Assembly: GCF_006345805.1 (NCBI RefSeq)
Contig: NC_042998.1
Span: 60,698,001 to 60,762,000 of the forward strand
DNA length: 64,000 bases
DNA from: Octopus sinensis
Taxonomy: Eukaryota
Direction: 5' to 3'
The notes beneath the pieces were generated by a model, which saw nothing but the letters and a program-made list of their open reading frames with translations, had not been told where the DNA came from and made no database searches. Each line of letters opens with the position of its first letter. Position 1 is the stretch's first letter. Shown piece by piece: positions 1 through 13,288 of this stretch. The translations under genes and the position numbers were made by a program.

Positions 1-104
1 TAAATTTAGAAAAATTATTTTCATTTTCAGCCAGTGAGACCAATTTTCAGAATGCCAATAATCATTAAGTTATATCAGTAAAGAGAACAATACAGCTGAC
101 ATAC

Positions 105-192
105 CATATAAGATAAGTTTAGTTCCATCTGGACCTTCAGCTGGTCCATCAGGTAATGGCATTTTTATTATTTCTTGAGGAAGCAATTCATT
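105..192 (-). CDS. DNAI1: DNAI1-like exon 15: NELLPQEIIKMPLPDGPAEGPDGTKLILY(G), phase 0-1; gene continues beyond the window
   Basis: atttttag| acceptor, G|GTATGT donor; phase and position fit the inter-WD segment preceding the expected GTAFDF-type motif. Confidence 0.85.
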
Positions 193-676
193 CTAAAAAT
201 GAAAATAAAATTTAATCAGCAATGAAACAAGCTATAACTTCTCTTATTTTGATATAGAACAGGAGAAAATATGTGACGTTTTATTAACCCTTCAACTGAG
301 AAATTAAATTTTGTGTTATTCCAATAATGATATAAAATGTATACCAAAAAGTAAAATTGGTATTTTCTGAAATTATACTGCCTCAAAAATCTTGACATAT
401 CTCAACAAAAGACAGTTTCAAATATGACTTTCTTCAACAAAAGTTACATTGGTATGTAAAACTGCTTTCTGCAGTTAAGGATAATGAAATTTTAAATGGA
501 TGTATCTGATTTCTGTAGTAAAAGGCTTGACCAAAAGAGTAAACATTGGGTTAAATGCATTAAGTAAAAATATAAGAAAAAGCAGATCATGCTCTGATTA
601 TTTTGACAATATTTAATAGATGTTACACAACAGACTATTACAGTCACCAATATCTAAAGGTAACTGCACTGCCATA

Positions 677-1793
677 CAGGGTGTTCAGGAGCTAAATTTG
701 ACAGTTTGCATAAAAGGATAAGAAAACCCAATATGTTTTGTTTTTGTTTTTCATCAAAGTCCTTTTGATGTCGCTTGTAACATTTTCAACGACTCCTCTC
801 TTAGTGTGTTACATTAAACAAATGATCAATTAGTTAGTTGGATGGATATTTAACCAATTGGTTAATATAAAAGAACTGGAATTGAATCAGTGCATGTGTT
901 ATTAATAATGGTGTAATGACTCTTGCTAGACAATAAAATTGGTTTCAACACATGAATTCACACAAAGAAACTTGCAAACCCAATACAAAAATGAAGTAAA
1001 ACACAATATCTCGTTCAAAAATTGGGAGACACCACCCTCAGCTTCCACCATAGCCTCAACATAGCTCTGGGACCTGGCACATGCATTCCTCACTGTGTCC
1101 TTAGGAAGATCTTTGAACACTTCCTTGATCATGGCCACTAGCTTGGCCTTGGTATTGCAAGCAGAGCAGTTGGTATCTTTCTCAACTATACCCCACATAT
1201 AGTAATCCATGGGATTACAATTGGGGGAATTAGGGGGCTAGAAATTGGGGCTGGTGAAGTCACAGAAATTCTCTGACAACCACTTCTGACTTTCTCTAGC
1301 GATATGGCAAGAAGCTGGATCCTGCGGCCACACATATAGCCTTTCAACAGCAATCCTCTTCAGTCAAGGATTGGAGAGTTTCCAGCAGCTTCACTTACCC
1401 ATCTGAAATTAGTCTAAAGCTCTGTTCAAAGATGTGGGGATGGATTCTGGTTTACAAATGCAGTCAGAACACCTGCTGTGTCCCTTCCTGCTGGCCTTGG
1501 CTTCATGGTCTCTGTTGCAGCTGTCTATGTCACATCTTACAACTTTTACTCTGTTCACAGAGTCTTGAGTAACAATCATAATGTCTGCATTTTGATACTG
1601 GACATGAATCATCACAACACAGGTAACTCTTTTCTAATTTTCAGATGGTTTCTAGTCCTCTATGTTAGCTAACTTTTTATCAACTAGAACTTTAATCTCT
1701 ATACTCTCCAATGTTGTTGACTGTTCACCAACATAACAAGCTGTTCATGAAAAAAGAAGTCATGAAAATGTCAAATTTAGCCCAAACACCCTG
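677..1793 (-). mobile_element. Tc1/mariner remnant
   Basis: TA|CAGGGTGTT..GCTAAATTTGACA TIR with an inverted copy at about 1769-1793; transposase C-terminus (PPNCNPMDYYMWG...VEAEGG) in and just upstream of ORF 926..1210. Confidence 0.85.
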
Positions 1794-1949
1794 AATATTT
1801 GAATGTATATAATATTTCTGTGTATTTTAATAAGCTTAAAGGGGTGAATTTTGAAGTCTCATTCAACATATATATATATAACTTTGACTCTACTATCAGT
1901 ATTGAGTCCTTTCATCATTAAGTATTTATTGTTATTTTACACTAAATAA

Positions 1950-2076
1950 CCAATCATATACATACACACACATACATACATACATGCATACACATATACA
2001 TATACATACACACATACATAAATGCATGCATACATACATACATATATACATACATACATACATATATACATACATG

Positions 2077-2108
<32 letters not shown>

Positions 2109-2205
2109 CATACATGCATACATACATACATATATACATATATACATACATACATAAATACATACACATGTACATATACACATACATATGTGTGTGTGTG
2201 TAAGT
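1950..2205. repeat. Imperfect (TACA)n/(TG)n microsatellite
   Basis: Direct inspection; source of the MYVC/HTYI ORFs. Confidence 0.95.
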
Positions 2206-2472
2206 GTGTATACATACGGTTCATCAGAGATGAACCCACAGTACTTACTCTATATCCCCTTGTCTTTTAAACCATTTCCTCTACTCCTTGAACCATGATA
2301 GAATTCACTCTGTACATATTGAATGTACCTGTACTTCCACCACCCACACCTTACTACCCCTGATTGCTTTTTGTTTTGCCTATTCATAGTAATGTTTAAA
2401 GCACATTCTGTAATCCTATAATCAGGCAAGATGCCTCATTAAAACCAATAAGAAATAGAAACAAATATTTAC

Positions 2473-2562
2473 TTTGACAATAATCCATTCAACTATTCTG
2501 CCATCAGAAGAAATGGAGTAAAACAGTGCATTGCCTTCCAAATTGTCTTTCTGCCATCTTAC
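2473..2562 (-). CDS. DNAI1: DNAI1-like exon 14: [30 protein letters not shown], phase 0-0
   Basis: ttacctag| acceptor, |GTAAAT donor; V.WQKD...F.S.SSDGRIV.W motif. Confidence 0.95.
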
Positions 2563-4883
2563 CTAGGTAACGAAAGAAAATTAGATTTAAAAAAATCAAC
2601 ATATTATCTGAAGATGAGATCAATTACTATATCAGCTATGTCGATTGTAAATGTAAACCCCAAAGAGTTGTTGTTTAACTTCAAATTTATTCATATAAAA
2701 TTGACTTATGACCATTCTTGCATGAATATCCTGTCATTTTGCAAATCTAAGACTATATTGTCCAATATATCATCTCTTTTTAAGGTTGTTGGGTTGGGGC
2801 ATATTAAACAGGCAAAAATTTATCTATTTCTAGCAGATAATTTCAGCACTTTATTGAAGGTTGGTATCCCAATCACCTAAAAACAAGTGGGTGTAGATAG
2901 GAATAGCAAAAATGTTATTTGTTGGTAGGAACAGTAAAAGATACAGATGGAAGCTAAGGTTGTAGAATACTGGTGAAAGAAGTTTTGCCTATCTTTCAAG
3001 TCATTTTTATTTTGATGTTGAAAACATATAAGTCTATGCATGTGTTTTGAGGGTGTCATTATTATCATGATCATTTAGGTAGTGATATTAGGCTGTTTAC
3101 CCATAATCCATCTCTATTCCTTATGTACCTGACTACTCTTGGTTCCAAAGTAAGGAACCAAAAGCTGAGGAGCCAAGACAATTATATTTATTTTTACTCA
3201 TGATCTAACTTATTTAACCCCAGTAATTTTTGTGGGTAAACTGCACTAGATGATGTATGTGCAGTATAGATAGCAGAGATTATGTTTGAGCTCTGAAATG
3301 GGTTAGTAGCTGTTCAAAGGTTATGTATCATTACGTTATAAAAAGAAAAAAAAAAACCCTTGTGATATAAAAAAAAATATGAAAAGGAAACCAAATAAAT
3401 TAACAGCTTCAAAATATTCACAATATATATGCAATAAAAGAACAAAATACATGAAATCTTATTTTCAATAACTAATGGAAATAATTTGCCAATAGAAAGG
3501 ATAAAAAGAACCATATAAACATCTAACTTGTTTCAAGTCCAAGACTGAAATAGATTTATTGATATAGCATGCAATATTTTTTTGATATTATCTTATAATA
3601 AACCATTTCTGTTATATTGAGCTCTTTTATAAATAATCACACATCATTTGTATATTGAAGATTATATATACCATCAGATTACCAAGGCTGCTCCTTTCTA
3701 GAGGACAACTTTCAGACATTGAATAATCATCAAGTAACATACATTGAAACAAGTTCCTGTAGCAGTATAAAGTTTAATTAGTTTTTATTCTCATCATCAA
3801 TTTAACTACCTATTTTTTTTCATTTGTTCCTTTTTTTATGTGAAAGAAACTAATATTAGTCATTTATAATAGTTATTTTCTCACTATATTAACTTGCCTG
3901 TACAATTCCAATACTGGTGTATTTACACACACTTATGAAATTACTCATCCTCTCCTTCTGCTCCTAATTGATTTCCTATATTCTCCCTTATACTCACCTT
4001 CTCGTACCTTAAGAGTTCGATCTAGCACCTTGCCACCACTGTGTTTACCTTCTTCCCACTGACCTATATATAATGCAAGATGGTCATCTATATTTGCTAT
4101 AGCAAAAAACCTGTGCTTGTCCCTCTATTATATTTTAGCCTCTCAGTACCTAACATACAGCCACCACCCCCTCTCCGAAATATATTTCCTACTCAGTCAT
4201 TGGTAAGTGGGGGCTTTTTCTTTTCTTTTCCTGCCCTGCAAATTGCTCAGTGATCTCACTAGTGCCAATAGCATAAAAAAAGGAACCCAGTACACTCTTT
4301 AAAGTGGTTGGCATTAGGAAGAGCATCAAGCCATAGAAACCATGCCAAAGCTGACATTGCTATTCAGAGCAGTTCTGTGGCTTGCTGGATCCTGTCAAAC
4401 TGTCCAATAAATGCCAGTATAGAAGATGGATGTTAAAGGATGATGATGATGATGCCTAATGAGCCATGGAATTCAACATGGCTTTTTGCAGTAGAAAGAG
4501 GTACTCACCATAGTGATGGTAACATCAACATAAACAAATGCACTTCCCAGCCAAATATTTGTAAAACACAAAATGTTAACACAGATTTAAAATAAGAAAA
4601 GCAAACAAGATTTAAAACATTGTATAACCATAGAGACATCTTTTAACTTTTGTTTGTTTCAGTGATTAGACAGTGGCCATGCTGAGACACCATCCTCAAG
4701 AAATTTTAGTCGAATGATTCAGCCTCAGTACTTATTTTTTATTTTAAGCCTGGTTTTATTGGTCTTTTTTGCTGAACTAGTAAGTTACAGGGACATAAAC
4801 ACACCAACACCAGTTGTCAAGCAGTGAGTGGGGGATAAACATAGACACAAAGATACACACACTTATATTATGGGCTTCTTTCA

Positions 4884-5118
4884 CTTTCCTATTTCTTTAT
4901 TGCCCACAAGGGGCTAAACTTAGAGGGGACAAACAAGGACAGACAAAGGGATTAAGTCAATTACATCGACCCCAGTGCATAACTGGTACTTAATTTATCG
5001 ACCCCGAAAGGATGAAAGACAAAGCCAACCTCCACGAAATTTGAACTTAGAACATAACAGCAGATGAAATACTGCTAAGCATTTCACCCGGCGTGCTAAT
5101 GTTTCTGCTAGCTCACCA
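4884..5118 (-). mobile_element. SINE family B copy nested in a family C SINE, 10-bp TSD GCTTCTTTCA
   Basis: TSD at 4874-4883 and 5119-5128; the host SINE resumes on both sides. Confidence 0.8.
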
Positions 5119-7173
5119 GCTTCTTTCAGTTTCTGCCAACCAAATGAACTCACAAGGCTTTGGTTGGCCCAAGGCGTTAGTAGAGGATATTTGCCCAAAG
5201 TTTCACACAGTGGGACTGAACCTAGAACCATGTGGCTGATAAGCAGGCTTTTTACCACACAGCCATGCATAGAGACAAGAAAAATAACTTTGTGACAAAT
5301 GACAGTGATAATATAGATTTGCAAATTTGCAACAAATAAACAAACAACAAAATTCACACACACACACACACTGCCAAGAATAAATGTATAAATTTAATGG
5401 CTTTGGAAATAGTTTTGCATATGTTCTTTTTCCAAAAACTTTCTGAATATAGATAAAGTTTCAGTGTAAAAATAGGAAATAAAAGAAAAACATGGAAGAA
5501 GTGTATCTCAAAAGATCTTGTCTGAGGAATCTGCCAAAAAATGGTCCAGAAAAAAAGTGACACAAACAGATCTAAAACAAAAGTACTTACTATGATTTGT
5601 TGTTCCCTCCCCTTTCCTTTCTTCCTTGTTTAAATCTGTTTAATTTCAATCTATGTGCTGAAGAATAGATTCAATATCAATGTATGATTCACACTATCAA
5701 AAGCTCTCACTCTTGTAGCTGTCATTAGGTCCAGTAACTCTGTAGTCTCTCTTCCTCCCTGCCTTTCTCTCACTATCTCTCCACACACACACACACACAC
5801 ACACATAATTATATATGTATATATAATTTTTAAACTTCTAGAGAACATGAAATAATTTTTTGTGCATTGTTTTGTATATCATCATCATTATCATCATCAT
5901 CATCATTGTTATTTAATGTCCACCTTCTATGCTGGATGGTCCGACCAGTGCCAGCCAGGCAGGAGCCTGCACCAAACTTCTGTGTCTGTTTTGGCACAGT
6001 TTCTACAGCTGGATGTCTTTCCTAACAGCAACTGCCCAGTAGGGTGGTTATATTAATATATTAATATATTTAATGTGAGTGTGTGTGTGTGTGTGTGTGC
6101 GCGCCTTTGTCTGTGTCTGTATTTGTATGTATCCATGTCTTATTGATAGTTCTAAACAGGCATCACCATTATACAAACAATGTTGTTCCTTTCCAGTTTT
6201 CTGTGCAGAACATATTTGGACATAGATAAATACAACCTTACTTGGAAACAGGTGAGAGTTGATAGCTGTAAGGACATCCGTTTATAGTAAATCTGTCTCA
6301 ATGAATTCTGTCTGAAAGTTGAAATGATGATGATGATGATGATGATGACAATGACAATGATGGCAATGATGCTGATCAAGAAGAAAGCAAGCCTTACAAG
6401 CCACTGCATCAAGATAACATCACAACTTCAGATGTGTAAATTAGAAACCTTAACTTAGCAATCTAGATAGTTCTCTGCCTATTAGTAAAGAACTCTAAAT
6501 GTAAGAGATAGAGAGTAATCAATTCATTGACAAATTAGCATAAAGAAATATTGATCTCTAACATAGGCTCAAATCTTTGAATTTGAGATGGATATTATCA
6601 ATTAAGATCAACCAAGATTCTGATTTGTACTTATGGTCATTGAAGGTATGAAATGTAAAATTAAATTTGGTGGGATTAGAAATAAGAAGCATAAACAAAT
6701 ATTTATTTCAAATTTTGGCACAAGGCCAATAATTTCTGAGAAAGAGGTAAGTTGATTACATGCATTGACTCCAATGTTCAACTGGTACTTACTTTATCGA
6801 TCCTGAAAGACAAAGTCAACCGCAATGGAATTTGAACTCGGAGCATTAAGACACAAAATTCTGCTAAGCATTTTGCCCAGTGTATTAACAATTCTGCCAG
6901 CACACCATTTTCACTCATAAAAAAATATTGGTTTCACATTTTGGCACAAGACCAGCAATTTCAGTGGAGGGGTAAGCTGATTACATCAACTCAGTATTCA
7001 ACAGGAATTTATTTTATCCCAAAAGGATGAATGGCAAAGTCAACTTCAGCAAAATTTGAACTCAGAACATACAGACAGACGAAATGCCACTAAGCATTTT
7101 ACCCAGGGTGCTAACTATTCTGCCAGCCTACTGCCTTCACACATGAAGAAATATTAAGACTGAAACGCCTCAC

Positions 7174-7418
7174 CTCCCACACTGGACCGAGATGCTTCCC
7201 ATTCTTTGCCGTACATCTCTGGAGTAATGGTTCTCTGTTGCAAAAATTATAGACTGCCACACTGCCATCATATAATCCAGCACAAAGCATGTAACAGTAG
7301 ACAGGGTGGATGTCAAGACACATTACACCACAATCAGTTGAAGTATAGTATTTGGGATAAGATGGATTCTTCAATGAGTAAAGCAATATCATTCCATTAT
7401 ATTGATTTCCAAAGTCAT
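7174..7418 (-). CDS. DNAI1: DNAI1-like exon 13: (Y)DFGNQYNGMILLYSLKNPSYP...GVMCLDIHP...YDGSVAVYN...KNGKHLGPVWE, phase 1-0
   Basis: aattccag| acceptor, |GTGAGG donor; WD40 repeats with the dynein IC motifs YSLKNPS.P and GKH..PVW. Confidence 0.97.
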
Positions 7419-7460
7419 CTGGAATTGAAAATCAAGAAAATAAATAACTTAATACATATA

Positions 7461-8291
7461 TGAGATGTAGTCAAAAAGTATCCAACCGTGATTTTTTTTT
7501 GCATAAAATAATAATGCATGAGCAAATCCACATGGATATTAGGTGGCCACATCTTTCCTGAGCATGCGGAAAAATTTTCGTGTCTGCAGGTTGTGCCATT
7601 CACCCACACTGAAAAGTGTGCTGTGCAATTTTTCCTTTTGAGTCAAGATGACCAAGCACATTGAGCAAAAATACTATATCAAATCCTGCCAAAAACTTGA
7701 TGATAAACAAGCTCAAACTATCAAGAAGATTCAGAAGGCCTTTCAAGATGATGCTATGGGGAAAATACAAATAAAGAAATGATAAAACTGGTGGACAATG
7801 AGCCACATTGTGGAAGACCATCGATTAGCAGAAATGACGAAATGATTGCAAAGGTTCTTTGTCACCTTCATGAAGCTGTGTGGTGAAAACAACCCAACCT
7901 GTGGGCTACAAAGAATTGGCAGCACCACCATAACAATGCACTTGCTCATTCCACCCACATCATTCAAGCATTCCCCATCAAGCAAAACAAACCACTTGTT
8001 TGTCAGGCTTCCTACTCCCTAGACTTGGCTCTGTGTGACTTTTGGCTATTCCCAAAGCTCAAAAAAATACTCAAAGGAAGAAGATTTGAGTCAACAGAGG
8101 ACATTAAGCAAAATTTGATGGCACAGTTCTGCAGTGTCCCAAAAAGTGATTTCCAGAAATGTTTCCAGAAGTAACAGGAAGTGTGTAGACTCCGAAGGTA
8201 AATATTTTGAAGGAGATTAAATCAAAATGGTGAGTTTGTTAATATTACTTGCTTTTTGGCCAAAGATTGGATATTTTTTGACTACACCTCG
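7461..8291 (+). mobile_element. Internally deleted mariner element with TA TSD
   Basis: TIRs tgagatgtagtcaaaaagtatcc / ggatattttttgactacacctcg, TA on both sides (7459-60, 8292-93); decayed PYS.DLA.CDFWLFPKLK mariner motif near 8010-8070. Confidence 0.88.
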
Positions 8292-8316
8292 TATGCGTGT
8301 GTGTGTGTGTGTGTGT

Positions 8317-8393
<77 letters not shown>

Positions 8394-8498
8394 ATAATAT
8401 AACATGAAGATGGAGGATATCAGGCTTTAATAGTAAATCACAACATACATTTCTGCATTGCACACCAGCTTTTGGTGGCTAAGTATATATTGAAATAC

Positions 8499-11400
8499 CA
8501 GTGTTGCCAACTTAAAATCAGCATTTTATGCTAAATTTCAGTAGAAAAAATGCTAAAGACTAATTATATCAAAAAGCTTAATTTTTATTTACATTTTTAT
8601 TCATTTTCTTTAATTATATTCAACGTTGAAAAATAATTTCTTGAATTTCACTGATTTGATCACTTTCAACCACAGTGCCTAGGTCTTGACTTCAGTATAC
8701 ATTCAAAGTCCCTATCTTGTTAATTATGTGTTTTGGAATATCGAAGATTTTGCAACATGAGCCATATCTTTTCAGGCCATATTTTATGGACAGTATTGAT
8801 CTAAGCATAGGAAGATGCATTTTGTTTTTCAATTTTGATTTGATTACACCCATACTACTGAACAACTGTTCAACTTCTGCATTTGAGTTTAGCAAAGTCA
8901 ATAGATTAATGGCAAAATTTGCAACATCTCTAAAAGGATTTCCTCCAGTAGCATCTTTATATTCCAAGACTTCCAGCCAGAATGCCTCAGTATACGACGT
9001 ATTTGTCCATTTAACTAAATGAATGTTATTAAACTGAATTTCAATTGAAGAAACTTTTTGTTCATTTAAATGCATTGTTTCAAAGACAGGTAAAATTGGC
9101 TCTTTGAAATGCTGCAAAATATTCTCTACTGAAAAACATTTCATATTCCTCAGTGTATTAATATTTCCTGCTTGAGCTTTTTATAAATGCAGAGTAAAAG
9201 TTGTTGTGCTCTTTTGCGAATATTATTTTCTTCAGTGGCTGTTACAGTCTTCTTGATAATCATTTCTGCTATCTTTCTCTCAAACCTGTAGCCTAAATTT
9301 GGTTTAGGATCCAGAAATTTTTCAATAGAAGGATCCAAATCAAGAGGATCACTTCTACATGTTGGCAACACTATCATATTAGCAACATATTTGATCAAAT
9401 TTGAAAGATCTTCAAGTAGTTTTGTTTTGTCAACAGTGTTTGATTCAAACAGTTCATTCACTTCCTGAACATGTTTTAAAATTGGATGCAAAAATAAAAG
9501 GTGAAGTTTAGCCCTAGAATCACAAAACATTTTATGTGACATTTGGGCTGTAAAGCATTTTTCTTTTGTAGTTGTAGTTTGAAAGTGAGTTTGCAATTCA
9601 AGCCATTCGCTTAAAATTCTATTTTCCGCTGGTTCTGTTGACAGCTACCTAGTTGTACAAGAATTCACGATCTTCAAAGGCTCTTTATCATTGATAACAA
9701 GGTAAAGTTGTTTGTAGGCACTTTGTCTTGTTGAAGAACCATTTATAGGTTTCGGACACTAAAAATTCCAAATTTATGGGTAAGCATTCAGCACAAATGT
9801 GGGATACTGCCAACTGTAAAGAATGACATACACATCTAAATAGAAGTAATGATGGAAATTCTTTTAATTTCTGGAAAACACCATTGTTGACTCCTATCAT
9901 TACTTGAGCATTGTCGGTTCCTATAACCAGTAAATTGCATTGCATGTTTCTAAAGATACCATACTGAGATATGTATGTATCACTTTTTTTGTGAGTGTCA
10001 CTATAATATATGATAACAATTCCTGACAACATGTTTATTGATATATCATTGGATTCATCTAATAATGGGTTAAATTTTCTATTTCCTATACCAGAAATCA
10101 AATCTCCATCAAAATACGAAGGTAGAACATTTCTCACAATATTTGCACATTTTGTATGATGCAACTTCACTTTGGATGTAATATCACTATCTGACATATA
10201 ATTCTTACATAACTCTATTAAGTGATCACAGCTATTAAATGATGAGTGGCAACAAATAAACATTGCTAAATTTGCTTCAGGCATAGATGTCTTATCATTT
10301 TTGGTTTTAATAAAATTGGTAAGAGGAATCATTTGCTGTGGAGTTGATGCCTTATGTTTCTTTGCTTCACAGTGGCTTACAAAAAAAATATTTTGCCAAC
10401 ATATTACATCTACAATATCTACAATGTACTTTAAATTGGTCACTAGGTACTTCACACAATCACTTAGTAAATGCTGGCACCTTAAGCCATCCCTTTCAGA
10501 ATTTTTGCTGGTACAACTTTGTTCTTTCTTTGCTCATTGTAATGTAGTGGGAAGCAAGAAAACAAATTTCATGTGACATTTGTGCTGTAAAGCACTTTTC
10601 TTTTGTAGTTGTAGTTTGGAAGTAAGTTTGCAATTGAAACCATTCGCTCAAAATTCTATTTACTGCTAGTTCTATTGACAGCCACCTAGTTGTACAAGAA
10701 TTCATGATTGAAAGCACAACTTATAAGTTTGCCGCTAACAATTCTTTCATTCATCATTAACAATTCTTATGTTTGCTGCTTACAAATTTTTGAGGTGAAC
10801 AATACTGATTCAGGGTGCAGGGTGGCCAACTTATACATGGAAAACTAAAATCTGCAGAAACCCTAAAACTGTGTTCTGATATAAACCTGGGAACATCATA
10901 TTTCACTTCCAATCTTACATTTAATATCTAATGGTAAAATCACAAATATTACTACAATTTTTGAAAAAAAAAAAGTAAATAGAAATATAGAGAGGGAGAC
11001 CCCACCACCCCCATACTTCTATACAAGATATATAATCCAAATCAAGCATGAAAAACACAGGCCTATTTTAAAACAGTCAAACTGAAAGTAAATCAGTCAA
11101 CTTGTCATGATAAAAACTCATCACTACAGAATAAAGCAGTGTTAGGACAAATTTCCATGCTTTCATTCTTTGCATCACATTTACATTATTGTGTAGTGAG
11201 TTTAGGTGCTGACATGAGTTATCTTCTCCCCCCACCAGCACCACTCTGTATCCAAGCCAGGTGGGGTTGCTGGAAAAGTTTATAATTTGATAAACTTTCA
11301 TTTGAAGTTTCGTAAAAGTGAAAGAAAAATTCAACAATAGCTGATAGTACTAAAATTTGGCTATAAGATACATTAACAAAAATAGATAAGGAGGAAAAAG

Positions 11401-11574
11401 AAGAAAATAGCATAACTATTGTGGAAATGTCATATCAAAGAAAAATGCTAAAAAGATGCTAAATGAAATTTTAAACCTGCTATTTTCGCTGCTAAATGTT
11501 AGATTCAAAATTTTCTGCTAAATGCTGAAAAAATTGCTAGATCTAGCATAAAATATGCTAAATTGGCAACCCTG
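8499..11574 (-). mobile_element. Decayed, rearranged hAT DNA transposon
   Basis: TIRs CAGTGTTGCCAA / TTGGCAACCCTG and subterminal TGCTAAA repeats at both ends. Broken transposase ORFs (9688..10455, 9150..9596, 8692..9144) contain LLDES, GTDNA, CVCHSLQLA, TRWLS and C-terminal SNAEVEQLFS hAT motifs. Confidence 0.9.
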
Positions 11575-12460
11575 GATACTTCATCAGGTGGAATATAATA
11601 AATTTCTGTTGGATTTTTCTAAATTCTTTGGATAAACGATGTACATTACTTTCCACCAATCAAATTGTCAGAAAAAAAAGTATAAACACATAAGTCATTT
11701 TACAATAATAGCACCAACAACAATAACAATAACAGAGCTAAGGAGACTTTCAACATACTCAAAGTATTATACCAATGTATACACACACGTGTGTGTGTAT
11801 GTGTGTGTGTGTGTGCATGTGTGTGTGTGTGTGGTGGAAGACATGCTCTAGTCATAAGGATGTTCAACTCATGATCAAAAAGTCTGAATTGGGCAGTGAA
11901 TTGTGTCTTTCAGCAAGGTACTTCATTTTACATTGCTCCAGTCCACTCAGCCGTAAATGGGTACCAGCCAAGTGCAGATACAGCTCTCTTTCCCTCCATT
12001 TTGTCACATTTTGGATGTGCTGCTGAATCAAACGTAAGTGGAACCAAGGAGTTATCTTTATCTGCTCATTGGCAGCTAAAAGAATTAATGAAAGCATGGT
12101 ACATCTGCAAAGCCATACTCATTCACAAGCAATATCAGGCTGTACTTGTGTAGATATGTATATTTGCATGTGCCTCTGTGTGTGTGTGTGTGTGTGTGTG
12201 TATGAGTTATTTCATAAGCCATACAACTACCCTCCTTTTCTAAATTTCACTCCAATAAAACCTACTGTTTTGTAAAATGAAGGACACATTCAGTAATGTA
12301 CTCTTAGATACACTATGTCCCTCCACCTCAATCAAGCTGGAGTGATCACTGATGGAATGTTTAGTTAGAACTGAGTTGAAGCTAAACAAAAACAACAAAG
12401 GTACCATGGATTTACCAAAATGCATTTGAAATGGTGGAACAGAATTCCAAGATTACTTAC

Positions 12461-12622
12461 ATGATCCAAAAGACACAGCAAATAAGTCTTTGTATTTGGG
12501 ATTCCAACAAAGAGAAGTTACTGTCAAGTGCTTGGCTTTATCAAAAGAAAATTTCCATAATGGTAAAAGAGTTCCTTCAAGATCACGGAATTCATCTGAA
12601 CCATCTTCCCAATATTTGAAAT
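12461..12622 (-). CDS. DNAI1: DNAI1-like exon 12: (D)[53 protein letters not shown], phase 1-1
   Basis: aattatag| acceptor, T|GTAAGT donor; diagnostic GTLLPLWKF and WNPKY.DLFAV motifs at the start of the WD40 propeller. Confidence 0.97.
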
Positions 12623-13201
12623 CTATAATTAGTGAAAACAAGAAAAAAAAAAAAAAAGAAAACTTTGTAGAACAGACACTGGTATGGCTGTGTGGTTAAG
12701 AAGTTCACTTCTTTACCATGTGGTTTGGGGTTCAGTTTCCTTGCATGACACATTGGGGAAGTGTCTTCTACTCTAGCTCCAGAGCAACCAAGGCCTTGTG
12801 AGAGGATTCTGTTGTCTGAAACTCTGTGTGTGTGTGTGAGAGCGTGCATGCCTGTGTGTGCATACATGCTTGTACATACATGTGTGCACATGTGTGTCTG
12901 TGTATATACACATGCTCACACACATGTGTATGTGTGTATATGTATATATATATATATACTAATGGTCACCTGGCCTTCGCCCCAGTCTGTCCATGAGTCA
13001 GATCATAGTTAAGGCTCCTAGTCACCACTCATCATAAGAAAAAGGTCTAAATTCTAACCTAACTTGTCATTGCTTTGGTGTTTCCTGTACTCTGGAGCAG
13101 ACTTTTCTACAGGCTTCAGACTCCAACTGCTGTTGTTTCTGTCCTGGTGACTTATGTTTCCTCAAGCAGTCTTGTCTATCAGCTTGAGACTATATTTTAT
13201 A

Positions 13202-13273
<72 letters not shown>

Positions 13274-13288
13274 TATATATATAATTCT

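Noticed and set aside
1932-2270. ORFs with MYVC/HTYI/IYIY/LLLL/NNNN repeats here and at 8217-8463, 29642-30942, 39808-40934, 45572-48122
   Set aside because: They are translations of microsatellites, with no splice or homology support.
2614-3074. Coding-looking ORFs beside exon 14
   Set aside because: No recognisable motif or consistent splice signals; probably old TE debris.
11575-11595. Minus-strand CTGATGA abutting the hAT end; rejoining the flanks gives a 5-bp stem II
   Set aside because: No GAAA or stem I follows after removing the element, so it is not a supportable hammerhead.
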